Positions 42,964-51,752 of a stretch of 62,371 nt of DNA are shown one piece after another; the stretch's first letter is position 1, and each line of letters begins with the position of its first letter. Source of the DNA: Planctomycetota bacterium (GTDB lineage Bacteria; Planctomycetota; PLA2); assembly GCA_027297745.1 (NCBI GenBank), contig JAPUHK010000257.1, positions 1-62,371 of the forward strand, in the 5' to 3' direction. Under the pieces are notes generated by a model. The model searched no databases and was not told the DNA's origin. It saw nothing but the letters and a program-made list of their open reading frames with translations. The position numbers and the translations under genes are program-made.

Positions 42964-43767
42964 TCAAGCAAGGAAGAGGTCGCAGCGCAGCTCGGTAAGA
43001 GCCTTGCGCAGCTTCTCGATCACCTTGGAGTGGATCTGGCAGATGCGCGACTCCGTCAAGCCCAACACCTTGGCGATCTCCTTCATCGAAAGCTGATCGA
43101 AGTAGTAGAGCGACACGACGATCTGCTCCTTCTCGTTCAGGTGCTTCTTGGCCAGCTCCCGGATGTCGCGCAGGTGCACGTGGGTGAACGGGTTGTCGCC
43201 CCGCTCATCCTTGACCAGGTCCAGGATGCGGCTGGAGCTCTCCGCGGAGCCCTCGGGGGACTCGTCGCTGAGACTCAGCATGGCCGTCGGCTTGGCCTCA
43301 CGCTCCATCTTCTGGTACTCCTCCACCGTGATCTCGAGCTCCTGGGCCATCTCGAAAACGGTGGCCTCGCGGCCGAAGCGGCCCTTGAGGCGGCCCCCCA
43401 CCTTGTCCACGGTGGAGGACTTGTAGCGCACGAGGCGCGGTACCCAGTCCTGGGAACGCAACTCGTCCAGGATGGCGCCGCGAATGCGGTTGACGCAGTA
43501 GGTCTTGAACAGGACTCCGCGGTCGGGATCGAAGCGCTCGATGGCCTCGATCAGGCCGAAGGTGCCCATGCTGATCAGATCGTTGAGCTCGACCGACGCG
43601 GGCAGGGTCATGAGCATGCGGTCGGCGATGTGGCGAACGAGAGGAAAGTAAGTCTCGATCAGCTTGTTCTTGTAGATCTTGCGATGGGTACGCCCGTACT
43701 TGAGCCAGACGTCGCGGACCTTCCGATCGTCGATCCTCATGCGCCACTCCTCCTCAAATGCGACCAA
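42964..43767 (-). CDS. RNA polymerase sigma factor, FliA/WhiG (sigma-28) family
   Basis: Region 2 (LISMGTFGLIEAIERFDPDRGVLFKTYCVNRIRGAILDELR), region 3, and region 4 (LYYFDQLSMKEIAKVLGLTESRICQIHSK). An alternative start lies at 43740. Confidence 0.85.
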   Translation of the reverse strand: MVAFEEEWRMRIDDRKVRDVWLKYGRTHRKIYKNKLIETYFPLVRHIADRMLMTLPASVELNDLISMGTFGLIEAIERFDPDRGVLFKTYCVNRIRGAILDELRSQDWVPRLVRYKSSTVDKVGGRLKGRFGREATVFEMAQELEITVEEYQKMEREAKPTAMLSLSDESPEGSAESSSRILDLVKDERGDNPFTHVHLRDIRELAKKHLNEKEQIVVSLYYFDQLSMKEIAKVLGLTESRICQIHSKVIEKLRKALTELRCDLFLA

Positions 43768-44148
43768 CGCTTCGTTGGTGCACCCCGCCGGGCGGTTCGT
43801 CTGAGAAGGTGCCGGTCCCCGAACGCAAGCGCGCCCGGAGGGCCGACCGCCATCCGGGCGCGAGGTTTTTCGCGATCCGGACTCGTGTGGCAGCTGGCTG
43901 CCCTGTCGCGCCGCAGCGCGAGTTAGGCCCTTAAGCTTTGCGCCACCAGCTTTCGCTGGCTTTGCCCTTTCAGCCGAGTTCCGAACTGACTAGGTGCCGA
44001 AAAAGAACAACATCCCGTGTGGGACGCGAGAAGACTAGCCCTGGAATGTCGTCGGGCAAGCACAACCTCGTTTTTTTTCGACGTTTCCATAAGAAGTTTT
44101 TCAACAACGACTTACAACCGAGATCTAGCTTGAGGTGGGGCGCATGTC

Positions 44149-45741
44149 CTACTTTTTCCCAGGCTTCGGCGGCTGCCAGCCGCGAGCCACTCGGAAGCCC
44201 AGGTCGTCGGCCACGTACTCACGCGCCTCGTGGCGGCGCGCCTGCAGCGCGAGATCTTCGAGCGGCGTCTTGAAGGAGCCGCCGCGCACGACCACGTGTC
44301 TCCCCAGGGGCGGGCCGCTCGGGTTGACGCGGGAGCTGCGGCGCAGCCAGCGCGGGTCGTAGCGGTCTCCGCACCACTCGCGCACGTTGCCGCTCATGTT
44401 CAGCACGCCGGACGGGCTCTGCCCCTCGAGCAGTGAGGCGGCGGGCAGCGGACCGGACGCGTTGTGCCGGCAGCGGTCGACCCACATCTCGTCGCCCCAC
44501 GGATAGGTCAGCCCCTCCGGCCCGGCCGCGGCGCGCTCCCACTCCGCCTCCTTGGGCAGCCGGCCGCCCACCCACTTGGCGTAGGCGAAGGCCGCATACC
44601 ACGAGATCCCGACCACGGGCAGGTCCTCGGTTCCCGGCCGCGGGACGGCGGCCACCCAGGAGACCGGCTTGAGGTCCACGCCCGGGTCCTCCGGGTGGCG
44701 AAAGACCTGCGTGCGTGCACTGGCCGACCCGCCGCGGCGGTTCGCGAACTGCAGGAAGGCCGCGTACTGGCGGTTCGTAACCTCGGTGCGGTCGATGTAG
44801 AAGGCGCGCGTGAACATCAGGTGCTCGGGCCCGTCGGGCGCCTCCTGCCCTCTGCCGCGGCGGGCTAGCCCGGCGGGCACCAGCACCATCTCCACGCCAT
44901 CCTTGACACGCAGGAAGGTGTAGTGCCCTTGCGGGTTGATGCGCAAGACCACTAGTCCCTTGGGAGTGCGATAGAGCGTCAAATTGAGCCCTGGCCGCTG
45001 AATCCGGTTGCGCAAGGCGGGGAGCGCGACCGACTCAATACGCAGACCGCGACGCAGCTTGGGCGAGCTCCAGCGCACGCGCACGATGGGTTTGTGCAGG
45101 CTCTGGCCCTCGACCAGGCCGACCACCTGCGCGTACTCCTCCGGGATCTCGCCGGGGTGGATCGGAGGCGCGGCCAGCTTGCTGGCGGTGGTGCCGTCCA
45201 CGCCGAGCACGATCACCTCGAGGTCGCTCTTTGGGCGCGGCACGACGGCCCAGAAGCGGTTGCCTTCGGGCGAAAGCACGGCCGGGTCTCCGTTCACGAG
45301 CACGCCGACGGCGCTGTGCGGCGACACGGCGCCTTCGATCAGCAGCCCCTCGCCGGTCCACTTCATGGCGGTCACATCGAAGCCTTCGAGCAATTCGCCC
45401 GCGACCAGGGCGGTGGGGACACGAGGTCCTCGCTTCGGAGTGCGCGCGCCCGTCCCGTGACGCCTGTGCGGCTGCGTGATCTGCGTGTCGGAGCCGGCGC
45501 CCGGGAAGCCCAGGGTGAGCATCACGGTGCCAACGCCCAACAGGACCGCGACGCCGATCAGCAACAGACTCTTCTTGCGGCTGAGGCTGGTCTTCCGAAG
45601 CGGGACTACGTCCCCGGGCAGCCCGGCGGGGCCGAGCTCGCCCGAGGCCATCTCGTCATGGCCATGCTGGTACTCCCCGCAGCGCGGACAGCGCCGCAGA
45701 CTCTCGTCGTACTCAGCGAGACAAGCGGTGCACTTGTTCAT
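44149..45741 (-). CDS. Membrane-anchored protein with N-terminal zinc ribbon and C-terminal FGE-sulfatase (SUMF1-like) domain
   Basis: CTACLAEYDESLRRCPRCG, a TM segment (LLLIGVAVLLGVGTVMLTL), then FYIDRTEVTNRQYAAF, VVGISWYAAFAYAKWVGGRLPKEAEWERAA, GNVREW and VVRGGSF. Confidence 0.85.
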   Translation of the reverse strand: MNKCTACLAEYDESLRRCPRCGEYQHGHDEMASGELGPAGLPGDVVPLRKTSLSRKKSLLLIGVAVLLGVGTVMLTLGFPGAGSDTQITQPHRRHGTGARTPKRGPRVPTALVAGELLEGFDVTAMKWTGEGLLIEGAVSPHSAVGVLVNGDPAVLSPEGNRFWAVVPRPKSDLEVIVLGVDGTTASKLAAPPIHPGEIPEEYAQVVGLVEGQSLHKPIVRVRWSSPKLRRGLRIESVALPALRNRIQRPGLNLTLYRTPKGLVVLRINPQGHYTFLRVKDGVEMVLVPAGLARRGRGQEAPDGPEHLMFTRAFYIDRTEVTNRQYAAFLQFANRRGGSASARTQVFRHPEDPGVDLKPVSWVAAVPRPGTEDLPVVGISWYAAFAYAKWVGGRLPKEAEWERAAAGPEGLTYPWGDEMWVDRCRHNASGPLPAASLLEGQSPSGVLNMSGNVREWCGDRYDPRWLRRSSRVNPSGPPLGRHVVVRGGSFKTPLEDLALQARRHEAREYVADDLGFRVARGWQPPKPGKK

Positions 45742-45862
45742 TCCCTACGCCTGAGACGGGCCGGGCGGACCGGTTCGGTCCTGGGACCCACCGGTTCTCC
45801 ATCGGCAAGATCGGGCCTGAGGGTTTATGCGGGCGTGGCTCCTGCTAGCGGCCGCATGGGCC

Positions 45863-46939
45863 CTAGTCGTCCTGGTCGCTCTTGTCGCCCTTGCTGGGCT
45901 GCCGCTTGCGGCCCTGCGCCCGGGCCCTACGACCGTGGGCTGCTCCGCGTAGGCCCGCCAGGAGCTCGGCGGCATCGGTGCTAGAGGCCAGCCCCAGGGC
46001 GCCCTCAGAGGCCATGCGGCACTGTGAGAGCAACTCCAGGCGGGCCAGGACCTCGAAGTCCCGCTGCCACTGGGGCAGGGCCTCCGGATCCTCGGGCAAC
46101 GGGCCGGCTATGCGCTCGGGGTCCAGCAGGGGGCAGTCCCCCGGCATCAGCGCATAGCGGATCAGCTCCCGCTCCCGCGGCGATGCGCGCAGCTTGTTGC
46201 GCGCCAGCACGTGCGGAAGGAGCGACCCGCGTCGCGGCGCGTCCGCACCGAACCAGCGGTCCAGCTCCTCGACCAGACGCCTCACCCTGCGCGTCTCCTC
46301 CGCATGCTTCTCCTTCTTCATCAGCTCGCGCGCGATGCGGTCCTGCAGCTTCTTACGGTCGGCGCCCTCCAGCACGGCGCCGCGCTTCTGCTCCACCTCG
46401 GCGATGGCGGCGTCCACGTGCGGACGCAGCCCCATGGCGACTTGCCGCGCCATGAACTTGCGCAGGTTGTGGTTGGCCTCTCGGGCGGCGCGCGGATCGA
46501 AAGGCTCGGGGAAGAGCCTGTCAAACCACTGCCAGCGTGCGTCGAACGGAATGCGCCGCAACGCGTCGTCGATCTCCATGTGGCGCCAGCGCATCATCAG
46601 GAAGCGCTCCGCAACCATGCGCTGCCGGCGGTCCATCCCTTCGAGGCGCTCCACGAGCGGACGAGGCAAGTGCGGCCGGTCGCGCCGCAGCAGGAAGCGC
46701 TTGGGGGACTTGCCTTCCCGCTTCTCGGCGGGCAGCCGCTGCCACTGGCGGTAGCGCATGACGGTTACGCGCTTTTGCGAATCGGACATGGCCTCCCAGG
46801 CCTTGGCCCCGATGGCCTCCTGGATGGCCTGCACCTCTTCGGGCTTCACTGGCATCTGCCCCCGCTTCTCTCCCGCGCGTACGGGTGCGGCCAGGGCGAA
46901 GCAGGCGATCAAGAGCGCAAGACCGGTGCAGCGCGGCAT
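45863..46939 (-). CDS. Secreted helical protein of unknown function, third gene of the ECF sigma operon
   Basis: Signal peptide MPRCTGLALLIACFALAAPVRA. Arg/Trp-rich helical repeats (RYRQWQRLPAEKR ... RWQWFDRLF). It starts 3 nt after the anti-sigma stop. Confidence 0.6.
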   Translation of the reverse strand: MPRCTGLALLIACFALAAPVRAGEKRGQMPVKPEEVQAIQEAIGAKAWEAMSDSQKRVTVMRYRQWQRLPAEKREGKSPKRFLLRRDRPHLPRPLVERLEGMDRRQRMVAERFLMMRWRHMEIDDALRRIPFDARWQWFDRLFPEPFDPRAAREANHNLRKFMARQVAMGLRPHVDAAIAEVEQKRGAVLEGADRKKLQDRIARELMKKEKHAEETRRVRRLVEELDRWFGADAPRRGSLLPHVLARNKLRASPRERELIRYALMPGDCPLLDPERIAGPLPEDPEALPQWQRDFEVLARLELLSQCRMASEGALGLASSTDAAELLAGLRGAAHGRRARAQGRKRQPSKGDKSDQDD

Positions 46940-46941
46940 GG

Positions 46942-47367
46942 CTAGGTCGTTCCCAACTCCTCGAGCACGGCCTCCTCGATCGCATCGAGGCCCATGCACT
47001 GGTACAGATCCTCGTCGAACTCCCACTCGTACTCGGTCGCAACCGGGACTTCGGGCAGACCGCCCGTCTGCTCCGCGCCGCCCTGTGTGAGCAACACGGC
47101 CACCAGGATCGCAGCCGCTGCGGCGGCCGCCGAAACCAGCATGATGAGGCGCCCGCGGCGGCGCGTCGCGAGCGCCGCGCGTACGCGCTGCTCGAGATCG
47201 TCCGGTGCCTCGCAGCCCGGCAACACGTCGAGCGCGCGGTCGACGGCGCGCAACGTCGTCAGCTCCGCCTCCAGCGCGGGATCGGCGCGCAGCGCCTGCT
47301 CCACCCGGGCGGCCTCTTCCGGCGACAACTCGCCGTCCAGATAGGCGGAAAGCGTCTCGGGCTTCAT
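46942..47367 (-). CDS. Anti-sigma factor (single-pass membrane)
   Basis: N-terminal LSAYLDGELSPEEAARVEQAL is typical of ECF anti-sigma N-terminal domains. There is a central TM (LIMLVSAAAAAAAILVAVLL). The start overlaps the sigma gene stop. Confidence 0.7.
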   Translation of the reverse strand: MKPETLSAYLDGELSPEEAARVEQALRADPALEAELTTLRAVDRALDVLPGCEAPDDLEQRVRAALATRRRGRLIMLVSAAAAAAAILVAVLLTQGGAEQTGGLPEVPVATEYEWEFDEDLYQCMGLDAIEEAVLEELGTT

Positions 47368-47984
47368 GCGGACTCCTTTTGTCCGGGCGCCGGCGCGGCG
47401 TTCGGATTCAGGTGGGGCTCGATCATGCGGCGCACGTTCTGGCGCGCGCGGGTGAGCAGGCTCTTGACGGCCTGCACCGACAACTCGAAGGTCTCCGCCA
47501 GCTCCTCGTAGCTCAAGCCATGGAACTTGTTGAGCAGCAGCGCCAGGCGCTGGCGCTCCGGCAGCGCGTCGACTGCGCGGCGCACTTCGCGGTGCAGCTC
47601 GCTTTGCTCGAGGGCCTCGAGCGGCGACGCGGAGTCGACGTCTTCCACTACCGGAAGAGCCGCTTCGCCGTCGGGCGCTGCGTGCAGCGACGCGGCGCGG
47701 AAGGTGGGTCGGTGCTTGCGGTTGCGCACTTCATTGAGGCTGGCGTTGACCGCCACCCGGTAGAGCCAGGTGGTGAACTTGGCAGCCGGCTGATACCGGT
47801 CCCGCGCACGGTAGACCTTGATGAAGATCTCCTGCGCGAGGTCCTCGGCGTCCTGCCGGTTCCCCACATAGCGGTATGCCAGGTTGACCACGGTGTTGCG
47901 ATGCCTCTCGATCAGTGCCGAGAAGGCCGACTCGTCGCCTTTCTGGAAGGCGAGCATCAGATCTACGTCGGTCCGCTCGGCCAT
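47364..47984 (-). CDS. ECF (sigma-24 family) RNA polymerase sigma factor
   Basis: From MAERTDV: region 2 (DAEDLAQEIFIKVYR, FTTWLYRVAVNASLNEVR) and region 4 (LPERQRLALLLNKFHGLSYEELAETFELSVQAVKSLLTRAR). Confidence 0.9.
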   Translation of the reverse strand: MAERTDVDLMLAFQKGDESAFSALIERHRNTVVNLAYRYVGNRQDAEDLAQEIFIKVYRARDRYQPAAKFTTWLYRVAVNASLNEVRNRKHRPTFRAASLHAAPDGEAALPVVEDVDSASPLEALEQSELHREVRRAVDALPERQRLALLLNKFHGLSYEELAETFELSVQAVKSLLTRARQNVRRMIEPHLNPNAAPAPGQKESA

Positions 47985-48161
47985 ATCAGATGGACCGCTA
48001 GTTGGAACCCGGCGGCGCCGGGCCGGTTTCGCCGGTGTAACCAGATGAGACACAACATCTTATCGACAGACTGCCCCCCCATGGAACGCGGAAGCGGCCG
48101 CCGAGGCTCACTGCGGAGCGCTCTCGGCGATCCTCCGCGCCTCTGCCTTGAGCCGCGGCGG

Positions 48162-49694
48162 TCAGCGCACCCAGCGCAGGCGGCTCCAGGGCCAGACGAC
48201 GGCGAAGACGCGGCCCTCCAGCGCTGTGACGGGGACCGGGCCGTAATGCCGCGAGTCGCGGCTCTGGCCGCTGTTGTCGCCCAGCATGAAGACCTCGTCG
48301 GGCTCGAGCTTCCAGATGCGCGCCTCCTCGGTGCCGGCGTGATAGAGGTCGCGGGCCACCTCGAGCTGCTCGAGGATGGGCGGATTGTCGAACCAGCGCA
48401 GGCGCACGGACAGAAAGGTCCCGTAGCGCCGGACCGGAGTGCGCACCACCTCGACCCCGTCGATCTCCACCCGGAACGAGCGGTCTGCATTCGTGATCCA
48501 GATCTCTCGCGAGCGGTCCGTGCGGATGCGCAGCAGCGAGTGCTGCTCATCTTTCGGATCGCGCGCCATGACGTGGATCACGTGGCCCTCCACCACGATG
48601 CGGCCGCGGTCCGTACCGAGCGTGACGGTGTTGGGCGGGGTGAAGCCCTGCTCCAGGCGAATCGTGAGCGTGCACGGCTCGCTGCTGGCACGCACGACGA
48701 GGCGCAAGACGACTTCGCGGCAGGCGAGATCTCCGCGTTCGATGGTCCCGTCGGGCAAGCGGAAGCCCGTGTGCAACGGCTGCTTCAGGTTCCAACCCGC
48801 GGGAATCTCCTCCAGCTCCTCGAAATCCTCGAGCCCGTAGAGCGGCACCCGCATGCGGTCGAGCAGGGGGCGCTCCTTGAGCAGCCGCTCTCCGTCGATG
48901 AAGAGGTCACCGCCCACCAGGCGCACCTCCTCGCCCGGCAGCGCCGCGATGCGTTTGACGAACAGGTCGTCGGCGGGCCGGCGGCGGAAGACGGCCACGT
49001 CCCCGCGCTGCGGAGACCCGAACAAGTATGCCAGGCGGTTGACGAGGATGCGCGCGTCGCCCCCCTCGTCGGCCGCCATGAGCGTAGGCGCCATCGAGTT
49101 GGTGGGGACGGTGTGCACGCCGAGCACCGTGACGCGCACGATCACCAACGCCAGGATGGCGGCGGCCAGCACGATCCAGCGCGCGCGCAGGCGCGGCCGC
49201 AGGGGGGCGGGACGGCCCCGCGCAGCGGCGCGCAGCACGCGGCGCACGGCGGAAGGCGGGCCGAGGTCAACGAGCGCGTCGCGCGTGGCGCGCGACGCAG
49301 GCATGCCTTCGGACACGCGGCGGTCCGCGGCCACCACGACCGCGTGCCGCAATTCGTGAAAGAAGTGCTCCGGCAGACCGCGCGTCACGCGGTGCAACAC
49401 GCGATCCACTTGGATCAGCTGCTTGGGCCCGAGACCGAAGGTGTTGGGCGGTCCGGGAGGGCGCGGAACCTGAGCCCGCGCCCCCGCCACGCCGTAGACG
49501 CGCTCCCCCGGACCTTCCGCAAGCAGGACCACGTCACCCCGGGCCACCAGCCGCGCGAGCTGCGCATACGTACTCGCCGCACGCCTCTGCAGCAACGCGG
49601 GCCGGGCGGCCTGCACCCGTTCGATCAACGCTCCACCTGAAGCCGGAGCCTCCTGCAGCAAGGAGAGGACGAACGCGCTCAGATCGTCTTTCAC
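48162..49694 (-). CDS. lepB: Signal peptidase I (S26) with N-terminal PadR-like wHTH and DUF1700/HAAS-like cytoplasmic extension
   Basis: The GTG start overlaps the upstream stop (GTGA). N-terminus: FVLSLLQEAPASGGALIERV...STYAQLARLVARGDVVLL...GERVYGV (PadR-like). Next: LPEHFFHELRHAV...GMPASRATRDALVDLGPPSAV (DUF1700-like). A TM follows (WIVLAAAILALVIV). S26 boxes are present: SMAPTL, VKRIAALPGE, GDNSGQSRDSRHYGPV. Confidence 0.8.
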   Translation of the reverse strand: MKDDLSAFVLSLLQEAPASGGALIERVQAARPALLQRRAASTYAQLARLVARGDVVLLAEGPGERVYGVAGARAQVPRPPGPPNTFGLGPKQLIQVDRVLHRVTRGLPEHFFHELRHAVVVAADRRVSEGMPASRATRDALVDLGPPSAVRRVLRAAARGRPAPLRPRLRARWIVLAAAILALVIVRVTVLGVHTVPTNSMAPTLMAADEGGDARILVNRLAYLFGSPQRGDVAVFRRRPADDLFVKRIAALPGEEVRLVGGDLFIDGERLLKERPLLDRMRVPLYGLEDFEELEEIPAGWNLKQPLHTGFRLPDGTIERGDLACREVVLRLVVRASSEPCTLTIRLEQGFTPPNTVTLGTDRGRIVVEGHVIHVMARDPKDEQHSLLRIRTDRSREIWITNADRSFRVEIDGVEVVRTPVRRYGTFLSVRLRWFDNPPILEQLEVARDLYHAGTEEARIWKLEPDEVFMLGDNSGQSRDSRHYGPVPVTALEGRVFAVVWPWSRLRWVR

Positions 49695-50143
49695 GGCGTG
49701 CGCGCAAGGTACGCAGGAAGCAGGACCAACTTGTCTCCCAGCGAGGCGCTCGTGGCGAACGCCAGAGCCAGCAGCAGGGCGTAGCCCAGCCAGGCGAGCC
49801 CGACGACCGTCAGCAACTGCACCCCGCGCACGCGGAACGAGCGCCACGCACAGGGAATGGAAATCAGCGCGCTGCCGCCCAGATGCACCCACGCGAACAA
49901 GCGGCTCTGCGGGTCGCGGGGCTCCAGGTTGAGGGTGCGCAGCACCACGAGGATCACGAGCAGGCACACGGAGTAGAAGAACCAGCGCATCGAGCAGGCC
50001 AGAGCGCTCAGCAGGCGCCGGTATTCCGCGCGTGCCAGGGTGGCGGCCACCCACCAGGAGAAGGTGGAGAGGAGCGTCAGCACCAACAGCAGGCCGACGT
50101 ATTCCAGGACGCGCGGAATCGGGTCGGCGGGCATCGGAGCCAT
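49691..50143 (-). CDS. Small polytopic membrane protein (4 TM)
   Basis: 150 aa with four hydrophobic helices. Its stop overlaps the lepB-fusion start. Confidence 0.6.
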   Translation of the reverse strand: MAPMPADPIPRVLEYVGLLLVLTLLSTFSWWVAATLARAEYRRLLSALACSMRWFFYSVCLLVILVVLRTLNLEPRDPQSRLFAWVHLGGSALISIPCAWRSFRVRGVQLLTVVGLAWLGYALLLALAFATSASLGDKLVLLPAYLARTP

Positions 50144-50203
50144 GCTACCTGCAGCCCACCGCCCGAAACGGGAACGGGCCGGCCACCGGCGACACCACGA
50201 GCA

Positions 50204-50310
50204 CCCCTACCCTTGCCGTTACGCCTACCCCTGCCTTTGCCCCCTTCCCGCGCCGGCCCGCAGCGGCAGGGGTGCAGAGGCAGAGGTAAGGGTAGGGGGG
50301 GAGGTGAGGG
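50204..50310. repeat. Polypyrimidine/polypurine palindromic intergenic element (best example)
   Basis: CCCCTACCCTT (50204-14) is the exact reverse complement of AAGGGTAGGGG (50288-98). The inner arms CCTACCCCTGCCTTTGCCCC and GGGGTGCAGAGGCAGAGG pair imperfectly. The G-rich arm contains at least 4 G-runs. Confidence 0.65.
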
Positions 50311-50331
50311 AGCTCTTCGCGAAGCCGCGAG

Positions 50332-50940
50332 CTAGTCCTTCAGCTCGACGTTCCAGTAGCGGTCGGAGATGAAGGAGTCCCACGAGGCCCGGCGGTGGCC
50401 GAGCAGCAGCGCGGTGTCGCTGGACCAGCGGGGCGCGCGCGGATGCTTGAGCAGCCGCATGCCCGCTTCGGACAACGTGCGGCTCGACTTGCGCTTGTTG
50501 CACTCGACGCAGGCGAGCACGCAGTTGGTCCAGTTCGTGCGCCCTCCGCGCGAACGCGGAACAACGTGGTCGATGGTCAGCTCTTCGGTACCGGGCCGGA
50601 TGCCGCAGTACTGGCACATGTGCTTGTCGCGCCGGTAGAGGTTGCGGCGGCTGAAGGCCACGCCCCGGTTCGGGAACCCGTCGTAGACGGCGAGCGTGAT
50701 GATCTCGGGGATGCGCAGGCGCAGGGCGACCGTGCGGATGCAGGGTTCGTCTCGCGAAGCCGATGCGTTGACCCAGGACTCGAAGTCGTGGGCCTGGTAG
50801 GTCTGCGGGCAGATGACCCTGGCGACGTTCGCGTAGAGCATCGTCATGGCGTGGCGCACCGTGGTGGTCGAGATGGCCACCCACGAACGGTTCAGCACCA
50901 GGGTGCGCTGATCGAGGACGCCCGCTTGTCCGTTCATCAT
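50332..50940 (-). CDS. HNH endonuclease family protein
   Basis: CQYCGIRPGTEELTIDHVVPRSRGGRTNWTNCVLACVECNKRK is a canonical HNH/zinc-finger motif. Confidence 0.8.
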   Translation of the reverse strand: MMNGQAGVLDQRTLVLNRSWVAISTTTVRHAMTMLYANVARVICPQTYQAHDFESWVNASASRDEPCIRTVALRLRIPEIITLAVYDGFPNRGVAFSRRNLYRRDKHMCQYCGIRPGTEELTIDHVVPRSRGGRTNWTNCVLACVECNKRKSSRTLSEAGMRLLKHPRAPRWSSDTALLLGHRRASWDSFISDRYWNVELKD

Positions 50941-51055
50941 CTTGCCGACTCTGCGGAGGATTCTAGCGGGAGGCCGGAAGTTGTGCAGTACGAGCCTGCT
51001 TTCGGGCCCGCCCCCGGGAACTCTCTACGGAAGCCTACCCCACGACCGGGGGCGG

Positions 51056-51700
51056 CTAGTCGAGCGGGATGAAGGCGATCAGCGAGTCGCCCCCGGCCTT
51101 CGCGCGCGCGGCCTGCAGCGCGCGGTACTCGAGCTTCGCGGCGGCCAGCACGGGCAGGGGCACGTCCGACCCGGGGAAGCGCGCCGCGTCGAAGACGACA
51201 CCGAACGCGGTTCCCTCCGGCCACGGGTCACGCTCGCTCAGCACCGGCACGATCGCAGGGCCGCGCTCCTTCAACGGGCGCAGGTCCTGAGCCAGCCGCA
51301 CCGCGTTCGGCCCGTAAACGTAGAGCCCGTCCAGCGGCACTGCGCGCAGGATCTCGCGCAGGCGGACGGCGCCGATGTCCGTGCGCACCCAGCCCCATAC
51401 CGGGAAGTGCGCGCCGCGGACCTGCGCCAGGTGCTTGCGCCACAAGGCGTCCGGGCCCAGGTCGCTACCGCCGAGGTCGACGGCGAGGAAGTTGTAGCCG
51501 TCGTTCGCACGCACTTGCGCGAGCGAGTAGGAGAGGCTGCCGACCCCGATCAGGGCGCCGCTGCGTGCGGCGGTGGCGTCCGTGCGGATGGCCGTCGCGG
51601 GCAACGAGACGCCGATCACGGTCAGGAACACGAGGGCCAGAAGCGTCACGAGCCGGGCGCTGCGAATCTCGCCCTGCAACCGGTCCCGGGACACCAACAT
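51056..51700 (-). CDS. Membrane-anchored hypothetical protein
   Basis: Starts at MLVSRDRL, with a TM (LVTLLALVFLTVIGVSL). No domain recognised. Confidence 0.5.
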   Translation of the reverse strand: MLVSRDRLQGEIRSARLVTLLALVFLTVIGVSLPATAIRTDATAARSGALIGVGSLSYSLAQVRANDGYNFLAVDLGGSDLGPDALWRKHLAQVRGAHFPVWGWVRTDIGAVRLREILRAVPLDGLYVYGPNAVRLAQDLRPLKERGPAIVPVLSERDPWPEGTAFGVVFDAARFPGSDVPLPVLAAAKLEYRALQAARAKAGGDSLIAFIPLD

Positions 51701-51752
51701 GCCGCGAATTCTAACCAGCGGGGCAAGCGCCCCCGCGGCGCGGGGCGGATCT

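Noticed and set aside
43768-44148. Lower-GC 380-nt region between the FGE-domain gene and the sigma-28-type gene, with a T8 run (CCTCGTTTTTTTTCGACG) and a CCAGC-GAAA-GCUGG hairpin on the minus strand. Considered as an sRNA or sigma-54 promoter.
   Set aside because: The T-run is on the plus strand without a preceding stem. No TGGCAC-N5-TTGC motif lies on the transcribed (minus) strand. It is most simply the promoter and 5' UTR region of the sigma gene, with nothing specific enough to call.
48035-48053. GTGT-N11-ACAC (GTGTAACCAGATGAGACAC) upstream of the ECF sigma gene, considered as a third NrtR-like site.
   Set aside because: The spacer is 11 nt rather than 7, the flanking arm bases do not match the two nad sites, and the gene context is unrelated to NAD metabolism.
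50040-50372. ORFs translating the palindromic elements as Pro/Leu/Tyr repeats (for example HPYPCRYAYPCLCPLPAP, and ILHPYLYPHLYL at about 13230-13273).
   Set aside because: The periodicity comes from the CCCCTACCC-type DNA repeat units. The ORFs have no start context, overlap real genes, and each arm's reverse complement is present, which indicates a DNA/RNA structural element.
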